From NCBI GenBank assembly GCA_002269645.1, contig NIVC01002519.1, positions 62,001 to 126,000 of the forward strand: a stretch of DNA of 64,000 nt, written 5' to 3'. The notes under the pieces were generated by a model, which worked only from the letters and a program-made list of their open reading frames with translations, was not told the DNA's origin and ran no database searches. The DNA comes from Macrostomum lignano (lineage: Eukaryota). Positions 12,051 to 24,102 of this stretch are shown piece after piece. Both the position numbers and the translations under genes were made by a program. Numbering within the stretch: position 1 is the stretch's first letter; each line of letters opens with the position of its first letter.

Positions 12051-13249
12051 TTTCACAAGGTCGAATCCTAGAAACACAACATCGAAAACTTAAATAGCAG
12101 CCACTCAATAAGGTCGAAGTTTCACAACGTCGAAAACTTATTATAACAAGAACTATGGCGATGAGCGTTTAGGTTAGAAAACTAGGAGTCCTTAGGTTAG
12201 AAACTGCAGAATTGGAGGTCTAGGGATATAAACAATTCTAGGGATATCCACGATTGGAGTTAAAGTGAATATGTACAGTAGTTTTCTATGTTGTGAAATT
12301 TCGACCTTATGAAGTTTCGATCTTGTGAAAGAATGTGCTTTCGACGTTGTGAAATTTCGAGTTTGTGAAACCACCCCCCCGGGCAAGACACCAGCGGGCA
12401 GGAGGAAAGCCAAACAGCAACTGTTTATTGACCTGGCTGTGGGGTGGGGCGCCAACACCTTTTTCTCGTGCTCGCTATGCACACAATGAAGTTGCTAATT
12501 TAATGGGTCTGCTTGTCGAAAGCCAGAGGCGATTGTTGCAGAAACTTTAAATATCTATTAAATATAAGATACTGTTTTTTTTACTAATATCAAGGCAAAA
12601 AACGCTAATTTTGCTACTGAACAAGAGTATCTGATAGAAGCGAGTGACATTCTACTTATTCTGGTATCTGTGATTTTAACAAATTACCACAAGACAGCTA
12701 CGCATTCAGTAAATTGCATGATGATATCAAGAATCCACAAAATTTTGCAATCAGCAGTTTAATATTAAACGAAATTTTACTACAACAATTTGGCCGTAAA
12801 AAACAGATGTACCAAGTATAGTCTAATGTTGTGACGCTAAACAAAAATAAAAATTAACAAGCTGCTACTAACTCTACTTACAGTAATCTGTAGGAAACAT
12901 CAACTTAAATGTGGCGAGTAGGCAAAAAATGAAAGAAGCGCGATTAGAACTCGTGATTTTTAAGGAAGCATTTAAACAATTAAAACGCGTTTAATTCGGA
13001 GGCCCTATTCACAATCAATTATACAAAATATAACTAAATGCTTTGTTTACGCGCGCAGTACACATTTTTTGTAGCCTGACAATGTACTTTTAATAAGTTG
13101 ATCGACAATTGGAAGCGTATAAGCGATACTATGTAGTAGTCAGGCAAACTTTGTGATAAATCTGATTGTTAGGAACAATATAATGAAACCTATAAAGTTG
13201 TTTGTTATATACTACTCAATATTAGTAATAATAATTACACATGTCCCAA

Positions 13250-13455
13250 TAGGTAGATGTGCAACCGACAGCTCTGCCGCAGCTATTGCGCGGCGCATCT
13301 GAAGGCTGCGTGCGGCTGTTCAGTCTAAGGACTTAGGAGTCGCCACACGCAACCTTAATTACCCCAGCTAATACTGGCACCCATTTTACAGCTGGGTGAA
13401 CTGAAGCAATGCAGAGCTTCAGTGGTGAGTCAGACGCTCTAACCAGTAGGCTAAA
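13250..13455 (-). mobile_element. Degenerate tRNA-derived SINE fragment with a Nin/Deu-like central domain
   Basis: The minus strand has a tRNA-like start TAGCCTACTGGTTAGAGCGTCTGACT and the motif TTCACCCAGCTGTAAAATGGGTGCC, which resembles conserved SINE central domains. Confidence 0.45.
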
Positions 13456-13738
13456 ACTCCCTATATTAAGTAGCAAGTAAGGCAATTTTGTGGCAATTGA
13501 GGAGTTTTAAATGGATTAATTGAGCTTCATCTTGGATTAGCTTACACTTCCGCTAGCTCAGAACTTAACAACTATCTAACCTGCTAAGAAGCAATACTAC
13601 TGAATAGACAGTAACATAATAGCGCATATATAAACGCTTCAACAAATTCGAAAAACTAAAAAAGAACAACATAAACCAGTTAAAAAAAATAAAATTGTTT
13701 CAATTGGTGGTAGCGGTTCGAAGTAATGATTGTGACCA

Positions 13739-16700
13739 TTATCCGTACAGCACTTCGTCCAACAACTGCAAAGGTTTGTGCAGTTGAACTTCAACCCAAC
13801 ATGGCGTCTCCTTGATGCTCCGCCGATTATAGTCTCGGCCCCAGCCTTTGACGAAGCTCAATCGAATTGCGCACAAGCGCCTGAGGTCGTCGACCCCGAC
13901 GCCGGTGTCCGAGCCTTGCAGCGGCCCGTTGTCGGTGCCGGATGCGGCGCTTGTGGCGGCTCTGGAAGCTTGCAATTTCATCTCTTGATGGCATTGGCCA
14001 ATGTCGAATACCTGCAATAAATGTTTTATAAATTGTGGTAAACCTTCGGCCAAGAAGTGTCCCAGAGAGTCATTTGCGTCACCCAAAAGTCGTTGCAGAT
14101 AGCAGGTAAAATTAAAGATACTAGAATAACTAGATAGGCCACTCAGTACATTTGCGTGTAAGCTACTTTCAGTTCAGTAGTTAAACTGAAGCATTCTAAT
14201 GTAATTATAAAGCCCAGGCTCATTTTATTGGCTCTTACCTCCAGCTTAAACCCTTCAAAAGCGCCTTTCCACACACTAACCCGGCACCACCCCAATTTTT
14301 ATTGCCTTTATCAGAATTCCAGCCTAAAGCTGCCATGTACATTTCAGTGGACTGGCCAATGTACATTACTGCTAAACCAATTAGCAAGTTGTTTACGCCT
14401 GCAAGCTTGGGTTCTAAACTTATTAAAGTCATTTCAAGGACCTTTATTTTTATAAAATAGCTTACGTATTCTTCTTTGCTACTGAACTGAAAGTAGAAGG
14501 CTGTTTTACTGAGTATATATGCCTGAGTGGCCCATCTAGTAATTCTAGTTTATGTATCTGTGGGTAAAATAGGAAAGACGTACTCTCGACGACCCACTCG
14601 GATCAACCAGTGGGTGGCTTCAAAGTACAGGGAGAGGTGGGCCAACGCCCCCGACTGCCAACAGTCCCGCGCGGCTGTCCCCTGTTCTTCCCCCACCTTC
14701 CGCAGGGACATCAGGGGGTGACCATGGCCCTCTCGGGTCATGGCTATTTTGCCAGGCATTGCCATCTCCAGGGAAAAATCCGTAGCGAGGAATGCCTGTG
14801 CCTGCCCTATCTGCCTCTCCTTGAGTCTCCTGTGTTGAAAAAGCGGAGCACTTCATCTGTGAATGCCCCGCCTTTACTCGGGACAGGCTCACCTACCTCG
14901 GCCCAAACACGGACCTCTCCGACGTTTTCAGGCCCGAGACTCTCTGCCAGCTCGTCCGCTATTTAAGGGCTACTGGGCGAGCGAACATCCACCTTCTGGA
15001 TTCTCCGGGAACCACCAAACCAGTTAATTTTTAATCATGATTAACCACACCATTTGTTTGCAATTTTTTAAACCATAGTACACCTTGTTTGTTAACTTAG
15101 ACAATTTTCAGATGCACAATTTCAATTTAATTAGCTTTAATCAATAAATGTTGCCAGTAGGAATCTCAACTTGAACTTACTATACATAAGAAGGTAAAAA
15201 TCTAGCAAATCTATGCTTATTAAACTGGCCATAAATTTTCTAATCTGGTCCTGATTGCACCACTTCGAGCCACTTTAGTTGTTGACCGTGAACTGGTATT
15301 AGACAGGACTTCAATTTTATTTATCTATTAACTATAAGCCACGGATACAGATACTAGAATAAACTAGATAGTCCACTCAGCACATTTGCGTATAAACTAC
15401 TTTTAGTTCAGTAGTAAGTTAAACAGACGCATTTTGATATACTCTTAAATGTTAGCTCTAATCCCCCCAGCAAAAACCCTCCAACCCTTCCTTTCCACAC
15501 TACCCCCTCCCCCCCAATTTTTATTGCCTTTACGAGTATCAGAATTCCAGCCTGAAGCTGCCATGTACATTTCAGTGGACTGGTCAATGTACATTATTGC
15601 TGAACCAATTAGCACGTTGTTTACGCCCGCAAGCTTGGGTTTTTAAACTTATCAAAGTCATTTCAGCTGCCTTTATTGTTATAAAATAGCTTATGCATTC
15701 TTATTTGCTACTGAACTGAAAGTAGAAAGCTGTTTTTACTTTCCCATTGGCCCATTGACACAGTCATTTTAGAATCTGTGTTATAACCACATTGGTTGCT
15801 GTGTTGCAAATTTATGTATAGTCTGCTGAATATGGAAAAGCAGGCTAACTGTGGAATTCGCCAGCTTTTCTTATTAATTTAGGCTAACGACAATGACTAA
15901 AGTTTTGATTTAGTCCCCGTACGAAACACTGAGCGATATTAAATTTAATGTAAATCTTGCACAGTGTCAGATCAAGGACAGAGTAATGCTATAGTATAAT
16001 TATATTAATTACATTAACAAAAGTATGATTGTTGAAAAAACTATCGGAGCGGAAGTAATTTGTTACTGGCCGGAAGTAACTAGTTAATAACCGGAAGTAA
16101 TTTGTTGTATGACCAGAAGTAATTTGTTAATGGCCGGAAATAACTAGTTGATGACCGGAAGTAATTTGTTAATATGACCGCAAGTAATTTGTTTATATGA
16201 CCGCAAGTAATTTGTTTATATGACCGCAAGTAATTTGTTTATATGACCGGAAGTAATTTGTTAATGGCTGAAAGTATTTTGTTGATGGCCGGAAGTTGAG
16301 CAAATAACAAAAAGCGTGAATGGATTTATTATATCTGGATACACATTACTTTGGCAAAAAAATCGCTGTAAGACTTGGATATTTAGCCCAGCAAAGAAAT
16401 CAAGCAGACAATTTGCTAGATTCTTATGTTAAAATACAGCTGGACAAGAGTCTCTGTCTTAATAAGAGCATTAATCTGGTCCCCGTACGAAACACTGGGC
16501 GATATTATAATTTTATACGAATCGTGCACAGTGTCAGATCAAGGACATATTAGCTAAATAATAGTAAAGTACAACACAAAGACCTACACAGTGTATAAAT
16601 TATAGCTTTAAATTGTGTTTTTAAGATTACAGAAGATAAAAATTTGACCAAGAGCGACAAAAATATGACCGGAAGAGATACAAAAATAACCGGAAGTGAT

Positions 16701-17690
16701 ATAAAAATGTCCGGAAGCGATATAAAAATGACCAGAAGTGATATAAAAATGACCAGAAGCGATATAAAGATGACCGGAAGTGATATAAAGATGACCGGAA
16801 GTGATACAAAAATGACCGGAAGTGATATAAAAATGACCGGAAGCGATATAAAGATGACCGGAAGTGATACAAAAATGACCGGAAAGTGATACAGATAGGT
16901 GTCCAAAAGCTATGAAAATATGATCAGTATGATCAGATAAAATAGATAACCGGAAGCAGTAAATATGACATGGAAGGGAAAACACTGACTATTCACCTTA
17001 ATCCTAGCGGACGCGTAGATTTTATGCACGACATCACCAGGCGGACGACCGGCCTCCCTATCCAAGTAGAGCGACTCCACAAACACAGGATGATCCGATA
17101 GGCAAGCCAGCCAGACGTCTCCGCTGCCAACCATGCTCAACGACACGCACCGGCCAATATGCAATCTGGCCCGTTCGGACACATCCGTACGCCTGACGTT
17201 GCTGAGTTGGCCTAAACAAAACCGATGCGTCGAAGAAGGGTCCGTGTAGCCGTCTATGGTTACAATCGACTGACGGTAGGGCACCTGGCATTGATTACAG
17301 AGACGGAATGGTACGTATTCAATTTTATACCGTTGCTATGGGCCTATGGTATATTATTTATCAGGCAAGTCTTAACAAAAGAGGTTCTGTCTATGGTTTA
17401 TCCATATACATCAATCCATAGGCAGAGCTGTGTTGTCTCATTATGTCAAGGGCGCCACTAAGCATTAACCATAGACGAAACCAGCGGGCACGGAGTGCAC
17501 TCATTGACGATTCCGTGGGCCGTGCGACCCTTAAGATCTTGTATGATCTTTGGGGCGCCCCGAAAATCATTGGAAAACACGAACGCACGTACATTAGTTA
17601 TTTATATTAGTCAATAACTGCGGCTGGTCTGATCCAACTGAACTTAGAAGTTAGGCTGTCGCTGTCGGCCTGTCTCTCAGGCTTTGTTAC

Positions 17691-17727
<37 letters not shown>

Positions 17728-20700
17728 GTCTGCCTGTCTAGATATGTCTGTCTGTGTCTGCCTGTCTAGATATGTCTATCTGTGTCTGCCTGTCTGTGTC
17801 TGCCTGTCTAGATATGTCTGTCTGTGTCTGCCTGTCTAGATATGTCTGTCTGTGCCTGCCTGTCTAGATATGCCTGTCTGTGTCTGCCTGTCTAGATATG
17901 TCTGTCTGTGTCTGCCTGTCTAGATATGTCTGTCTGTGTCTGCCTGTCTAGATATGTCTGTCTGTGTCTGCCTGTCTAGATATGTCTGTCTGTGTCTGCC
18001 TGGCTAGATATGTCTGTCTGTGTCTGCCTGGCTAGATATGTCTGTCTGTGTCTGCCTGTCTAGATATGTCTGTCTGTGTCTGCCTGTCTAGATATGTCTG
18101 TCTGTGTCTGCCTGGCTAGATATGTCTGTCTGTGTCTGCCTGTCTGTGTCTGCCTGTCTAGATATGTCTGTCTGTGTCTGCCTGTCTAGATATGTCTGTC
18201 TGTGCCTGCCTGTCTAGATATGCCTGTCTGTGCCTGCCTGTCTAGATATGCCTGTCTGTGTCTGCCTGTCTAGATATGTCTGTCTGTGTCTGCCTGTCTA
18301 GATATGTCTGTCTGACGTCTGTGTCTGCCTGTCTAGATATGTCTGTCTGTGTCTGCCTGTCTAGATATGTCTGTCTGTGCCTGCCTGTCTAGATATGCCT
18401 GTCTGTGTCTGCCTGTCTAGATATGTCTGTCTGTGTCTGCCTGTCTAGATATGTCTGTCTGTGTCTGTCTGCCATGCCAGCCTGTTTATTTACACAACTC
18501 AGTCGATCTTCTGATCTGCTTGTAAAATTTCAAATTGAGTGCAAATGTTTTCAAGACAAGACCGTGTCATTACAAAAGCGGATTAGAGCTTAGTTAATAT
18601 GACTAATAAGAAGAATGATCATACTAATATCGCTGCCTTAACTCGAGACGCTCAACGCTAACTAATTAGGGCAAAAATCAAAAGTATGTGCGCAATATGA
18701 AGCAGACGTAACCGACAGACCCCAGCAAGCGTAGACACATTAGTGCTGCTTCGGGTGCATTTTGTAGCTGAGCAACTCGGATTGCAGGCGGTGGCAGGGA
18801 AGGGCGCCCAGATAACGGACAGTCTCCAGCAGAAGGAAAAGGAAACAAGAAAGAGAGCCTGTCTAAGGCAAGCGGTTGATAGAGAAAAAAATATGGAGGA
18901 AATTAATGCCGCGCGCCAGTGCAAAACAATATTTATAAAGTTATAAACGATTGATGAAGAAACCAAGCTCGCGAGTTTTTACTGCCCCAGTTTGACGACC
19001 AGCTGATGCTGTATTGCAAGAAAAAATATTTTTGCAACGGCTCGCGAGCTGAGCTCTTGATGAAGCGGATGAAAAGTAAATTGGATAGCAAAATCTTTTA
19101 TCGGCTTTTGCTTTGTTCTAGGAGACTCGGCTGACTGAACTAGGGTAAACAGATAGATAGACTGGTTTATACATATAGATAGATATATAGATACACTGGC
19201 AGATAAATGCAGATAGACTGGCAGATAGATACAGATAGACTGGCAGATAGATACAGATAGACTGGCAGATAGATGCAGATAGACTGGCAGATAGACTGGC
19301 AGATAGACTGGCAGATAGATACAGATAGACTGGCAGATAGATGCAGATAGACTGGCAGATAGACTGGCAGATAGATGCAGATAGACTGGCAGATAGATGC
19401 AGATAGACTGGCAGATAGATACAGATAGACTGGCAGATAGATACAGATAGACTGGCAGGTAGATACAGACAGACTGGCAGATAGATACAGACAGACTGGC
19501 AGATAGATACAGATAGACTGGCAGATAGATACAGATAGACTGGCAGGTAGACACAGATAGACACAGATAGACTGGCAGATAGATACAGATAGACTGGCAG
19601 ATAGACACAGACAGACTGGCAGATAGATACAGATAGACTGGCAGGTAGATACAGACAGACTGGCAGATAGATACAGACAGACTGGCAGATAGATACAGAT
19701 AGACTGGCAGATAGATACAGATAGACTGGTAGGTAGACACAGATAGACACAGATAGACTGGCAGATAGATACAGATAGACTGGCAGATAGACACAGACAG
19801 ACTGGCAGATAGATACAGACAGACTGGCAGATAGACACAGACAGACTGGCAGATAGACCCAGATAGACTGGCAGATAGACAGCCCAAAGCTAACCTTGAA
19901 GGTCTCGCCAATCTGCTCGTCCTGCTCAAAGTAGGAGATGGAGCACCAATGCTCCGGATTGACAGCTCCTAGCGACGCTGGCGCCGACAAAGCGACCGCG
20001 GCGGCGGTTGTAGCCGCACTTGGCCGGTTGCCAACGACGCCGCTAGACCAAGTGACCATCGATTGCTGACTGTGCGCCAGCCACGGTTGCTGCTGCTGAA
20101 GAGGCGCTGGCGGAGGCGGTGGCATCATGTGCAAGCTGGGGCGCTGCAACGGCGAGTGCAGCATGGACACCGGGCCAGACGGGGTCAGCAGCGGTGGCGG
20201 AGGCGGCGGCGGCAGGCTCTGTAGCGACAGGGATAAAGAAGACGGATCTGGTGGCGGCGGCGGCGGCGGCAGCGGCGGCGAATCATCGGACGGGTCCATA
20301 ACGGCGCCCACAACCCGCTCATAGTGGTAAGGATTAACGCAGACGGCATTTTGTTTTAAATCGAATGCAAACTGGCAATGCCGCAGGTGTTTCAATTCGT
20401 TTTTGTGCAAGTCTGGCCAGCGCCAAATTTTTGCGTACACAACGTGCGGAAAACCTTTGCGACCGGCAACCTGGGGCGCGATTGAGGGGACAGGGGAGGC
20501 ACGTTCAGGTAAATTGGATGATGATTCATTGGATTTCACTTTTGCTAGGTGTCTATTGTCATTACTTAAGAGGCGATTCTCATAATATAAGAGTGGCGAT
20601 TCTCATAATTTGAGAGACGATTCTCATAATTTAAGGGACGATTCTCATAATTTAAGAAGGGCGATTCTCATAATTTGAGAGACGATTCTCATAATTTGAG

Positions 20701-21645
20701 AGACAATTCTCATAATTTGAGAGACGATTCTCATAATTTAAGGGACGATTCTCATAATTTAAGAAGGGCGATTCTCATAATTTGAGAGACGATTCTCATA
20801 ATTTGAGGGACGATTCTTATAATTTAAGAGACGATTCTCATAATTTGAGAGACGATTCTCACAGTTTAAGAAAGGAGATTCTCATGATATAAGAGGCGAT
20901 TCTTATCATTTAAGAGAGGCGATTCTCATAATATAAGAGTGGCGATTATCATAATTTGAGAGACGATTCTCATAATTTGAGAGACGATTCTCATAATTTA
21001 AGAAAAGCTATTCTCATAATTTGAGAGACGATTCTCATAATTTGAGGGACGATTCTCATAATTTGAGAGACGATTCTCATAATTTGAGAGACGATTCTAA
21101 CAGTTTAAGAAAGGAGATTCTCATGATATAAGAGGCGATTCTTATCATTTGAGAGAGGCGATTCTCATAATTCAAGAGACTATTTTTGTCATCAATATAA
21201 GGGACTATTATCACTTTGTCCTAGTAACCTAGTTAAACCAAAGTAATAAACTGGCAAAGTGCAACATTAAACGAACCTGGAGCCGGCCATCTAAAGTCCT
21301 GGGTATAGTGATGCAACAGGTCGTAGTTGCCCCGGCACTGGTGACACTCTGAATCAGTGCGTCAAGTTCTTCTCGTTTTTCTTTCAGTTTTTTAACCAGA
21401 GACTCAATTGCCCGCTTGCTAAAGCCTTCCGATTCGCCTTCGAGCCTGTGCTGCATCAGCGAGTGCACTATTGACAAGCAGGCATCTGAGGAGGTCACGT
21501 GACTAGTAGGTCCACTAATAATCGCGTGATTTGAGGCATTTACAGGCTGTCTAACGGTGGTCAAGTTGCTGCCGCCAGCAGACAGAGTTGGAGACGAGAT
21601 GGAAGCTGACGGACTAGGAGATGTTGGACTTGCTAATTGAAGCAT
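13739..21645 (-). CDS. SMAD4: Co-Smad (Smad4/Medea), about 501 aa, 4 exons (21645-21277, 20470-19895, 17284-16997, 14011-13739)
   Basis: All introns are GT-AG, phase 0. MH1: [22 protein letters not shown]|[22 protein letters not shown]2: [16 protein letters not shown]...[17 protein letters not shown]...SFVKGWG...[12 protein letters not shown]...LLDEVL. No C-terminal SSXS. Confidence 0.96.
14163..14496. mobile_element. MITE-like element with 18-bp TIRs, copy 1 of a local duplication
   Basis: CTACTTTCAGTTCAGTAG ... CTACTGAACTGAAAGTAG, with AAG on both flanks. Confidence 0.6.
14577..15000 (+). mobile_element. 3-prime fragment of a LOA/R1-group LINE
   Basis: Encodes [16 protein letters not shown] and [13 protein letters not shown]...RYLRAT, homologous to the 3-prime part of ORF2 at 32068-32450. 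Frameshifted. Confidence 0.75.
15397..15725. mobile_element. Second copy of the 14163-14496 MITE-like element
   Basis: Same TIRs and homologous flanks (GATACTAGAATAA...GCTGTTTT). Confidence 0.6.
16050..16295. repeat. Minisatellite of CCGGAAGT-core units, array 1
   Basis: Repeated (T/A)GACCG(G/C)AAGTAATTTGTT units of 20-24 bp. Confidence 0.9.
16645..16890. repeat. 21-bp minisatellite of CCGGAAGT-core units, array 2
   Basis: Repeated AAAAATGACCGGAAGTGATAT. Confidence 0.92.
17690..18480. repeat. 28-bp minisatellite (TGTCTGCCTGTCTAGATATGTCTGTCTG)
   Basis: Directly visible in SMAD4 intron 2. Confidence 0.95.
19150..19880. repeat. 12/24-bp minisatellite (GATAGACTGGCAGATAGATACA)
   Basis: Directly visible in SMAD4 intron 2. 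It explains the long repetitive ORFs here. Confidence 0.95.
20570..21180. repeat. 21-24-bp minisatellite (GACGATTCTCATAATTTGAGA)
   Basis: Directly visible in SMAD4 intron 1. Confidence 0.95.
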
Positions 21646-24102
21646 TGTTTTTTAGTCTATAAAAATAATTATGTAGTTTGTCTAATCCCTGATTACAACC
21701 AGAGCAGAACAGGTTAAATAGTGCAGACTTGCCAGTGGGTTGTGCAGCAGAAATAGAATTTAGACCATCATGCAGTAATGGCATGCAAACGATTACATAA
21801 TTGGCTATAGTAACAATTCAAAAATCAAGGATACAATCTATTCTAAAAAATATGTCAGTGTATACAACATTGTACTATAGTCAAAAAGAGACATTACCAA
21901 TAGTCCAGCTCATTAGACTTACCCCCCAGAGATTTCTGACAAGATTTCTAGATTTCTAGATATCTGTTAGAAGTTTGTGAAATAGCCTTGGCATTAATTA
22001 TCTGGCATAAAAAATACATGATATTTTGGTAAACTGTCTTTCATTAAAAAACAAATTGTAAACTCTAAAGGCCTAACAACTTTTATATTCTTATTATTTT
22101 AGTTAATTTTATATTTATAATTTTTAATTTTATTATATAAAAATGCATTCAACTTTTTAATAAAAAAATCAATGCAAAGTTATAATGTCATTGCCACATT
22201 TTATACCTTAGTCATAGATTTTTGCCACCTTTTCTCCTAGTCAATTACACTAGACATACAGCTGAAGACTGGCCCAAATGATAAAAATTAAAAAAAATTG
22301 TATCAAGAAACCTAAACAAGCAAAAAATAGACTATTTTTTCTAAAAATTAGTGTCTTTAAATTAGTGATGGATCCAAATATTTGGATTTGAAATCTGAAT
22401 CCAAAAAATGTATTTTTTTTTAGAAATATTAATGTTTTTAGATTGGGAAATTTTTTTCTGAATATTTTTCAAATGTGCTTCCAAATATTGGAAAAATCAA
22501 GAAACCTAAACAAATTCACATTTGTAAAAGAAACAAAACTTTTGAAATAAGAAAGTATATAAAAAATGCAAAATTTTATGTCATATTGTTCATTTTTGCA
22601 GTAACAAATTTGAAAAAAAGTTATATAAAGTTAAATTATTAAAGTATAAGACCTTTGAAGCATTTAACCTAAAGTTGCAGAAACATTTATGGCAATCATT
22701 GTTTAAGTATAATCATTAGTTGGTTTTTTTTTCAAAATGCAAATGCAGACTTTCAGACTACAGTAAATGGTTTTCAAGAACATTCTCAAATACAAATGTA
22801 ATGTCAATTAGTATTAGTAATTATATTAGCTAGATTAGTTATATAGGAATTATGATCAATTCAAACTTACTTACTCTTTAATAAGTTTTAATTCTTATAG
22901 CCTAATCTTACTTGAATTTTGTTTAAAGAATAGAAGTCTTAGTTGCTTACTTAGATCATAAATTAGACGCTGAGATATTTTTGTTACTTAAAAGTGTCAT
23001 AGTTATTCTTGCCATTTACCTTTTACTTTTTGCTTATATTTGGAAACATATTTGGATATTTGGATTTGTATTCAGAACTTTTTGTACATTTGGTTTTGGT
23101 TTTGAAAACTTATAAAAATTTATATTTGGTCTAGGCGTATTACTACATAATTCCTTTTTCTTTTTTAATAGACATAATTTATCAAGTTGTTTCTAGACTA
23201 AGGACAACTAAGCTAACCTATCGGTATTGAAAAAAGTGAGAATTTTGTCAAAGTTGACAGTTGGTATACATCACTCCTAAGAAAATAGTGCATGGACCTA
23301 TGCATACCTAGCATTCACTTTATAAAATCACGTGGAAGATTTAAGCTATTGTATGCAAAGTAGAAAAAAAAGATAAAAAATTATTTTTAAGCATAAATTT
23401 TAAGCCTTCCAGGTTTTTTAGGCTTGTAATAAGTATTTAAACAAATCTTTATATGTATTGATTTTTTGATATAAATAATATTGCCAAAAAAGTATTAAAA
23501 AACCAGCTAAATTATCTGCTAAAAAGGGTACATCATGCAATTCAAAAAAGGTCATTTAATGTTGCAACATTGGTGTAGTTTTGAAAATAGATAGGCCTAT
23601 ATAGTCAATTATTTTTTTTAATGTATTTGTATTACATGCATTTGTAAGCCTAATTATACAGTTTTTTATTTGAGCATATAGGCCCCTACCCAGCTGCAAG
23701 CATGATCTAGACTAGGCCTATGGAAAGTATAGACATCATTTTCTGGCATGGCACTACATTGTGACACCAATAGGCCTATATATATTTAAAAAACTACTTT
23801 TAAGTTTTATTTTAAAGTTGCCTTTTGAACAGGGTTTTTTTTTGTGCGCAGAGTGTGCGTATGCACCCTAAATTTTAAAATCGCACCCTGAAATTAAAAA
23901 AGTAGGTACGGTTTAGGTGCAGTCTTATAACCATTTTTCTTTAAAGGCTTAACCATGCTTAAGCTATTTTTTATGCACTGCCTTAAAATATGAAACAAAA
24001 TAACTCTTTAAATCCTATTAAGTCATATAGGCGATATAGCCTATAGCTATAGCCTTATGTAAGATATTAAAATATACATTCCCAGTTGTCAGAAATGTGA
24101 GC

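Noticed and set aside
16550-16985. Several overlapping repetitive ORFs
   Set aside because: Products of the 21-bp array. The same applies to ORFs at 1402, 3334, 3371, 46457-46827, 51692 and 62226-62760.
18600-19140. Penelope/GIY-YIG remnant in SMAD4 intron 2
   Set aside because: Only a weak SSIVYNF resemblance, and the YIG and RxxEH motifs are absent.
18979-19929. Long ORFs of 223-473 aa ([12 protein letters not shown]...)
   Set aside because: They are translations of the intronic minisatellite. Only 20470-19895 is a real SMAD4 exon.
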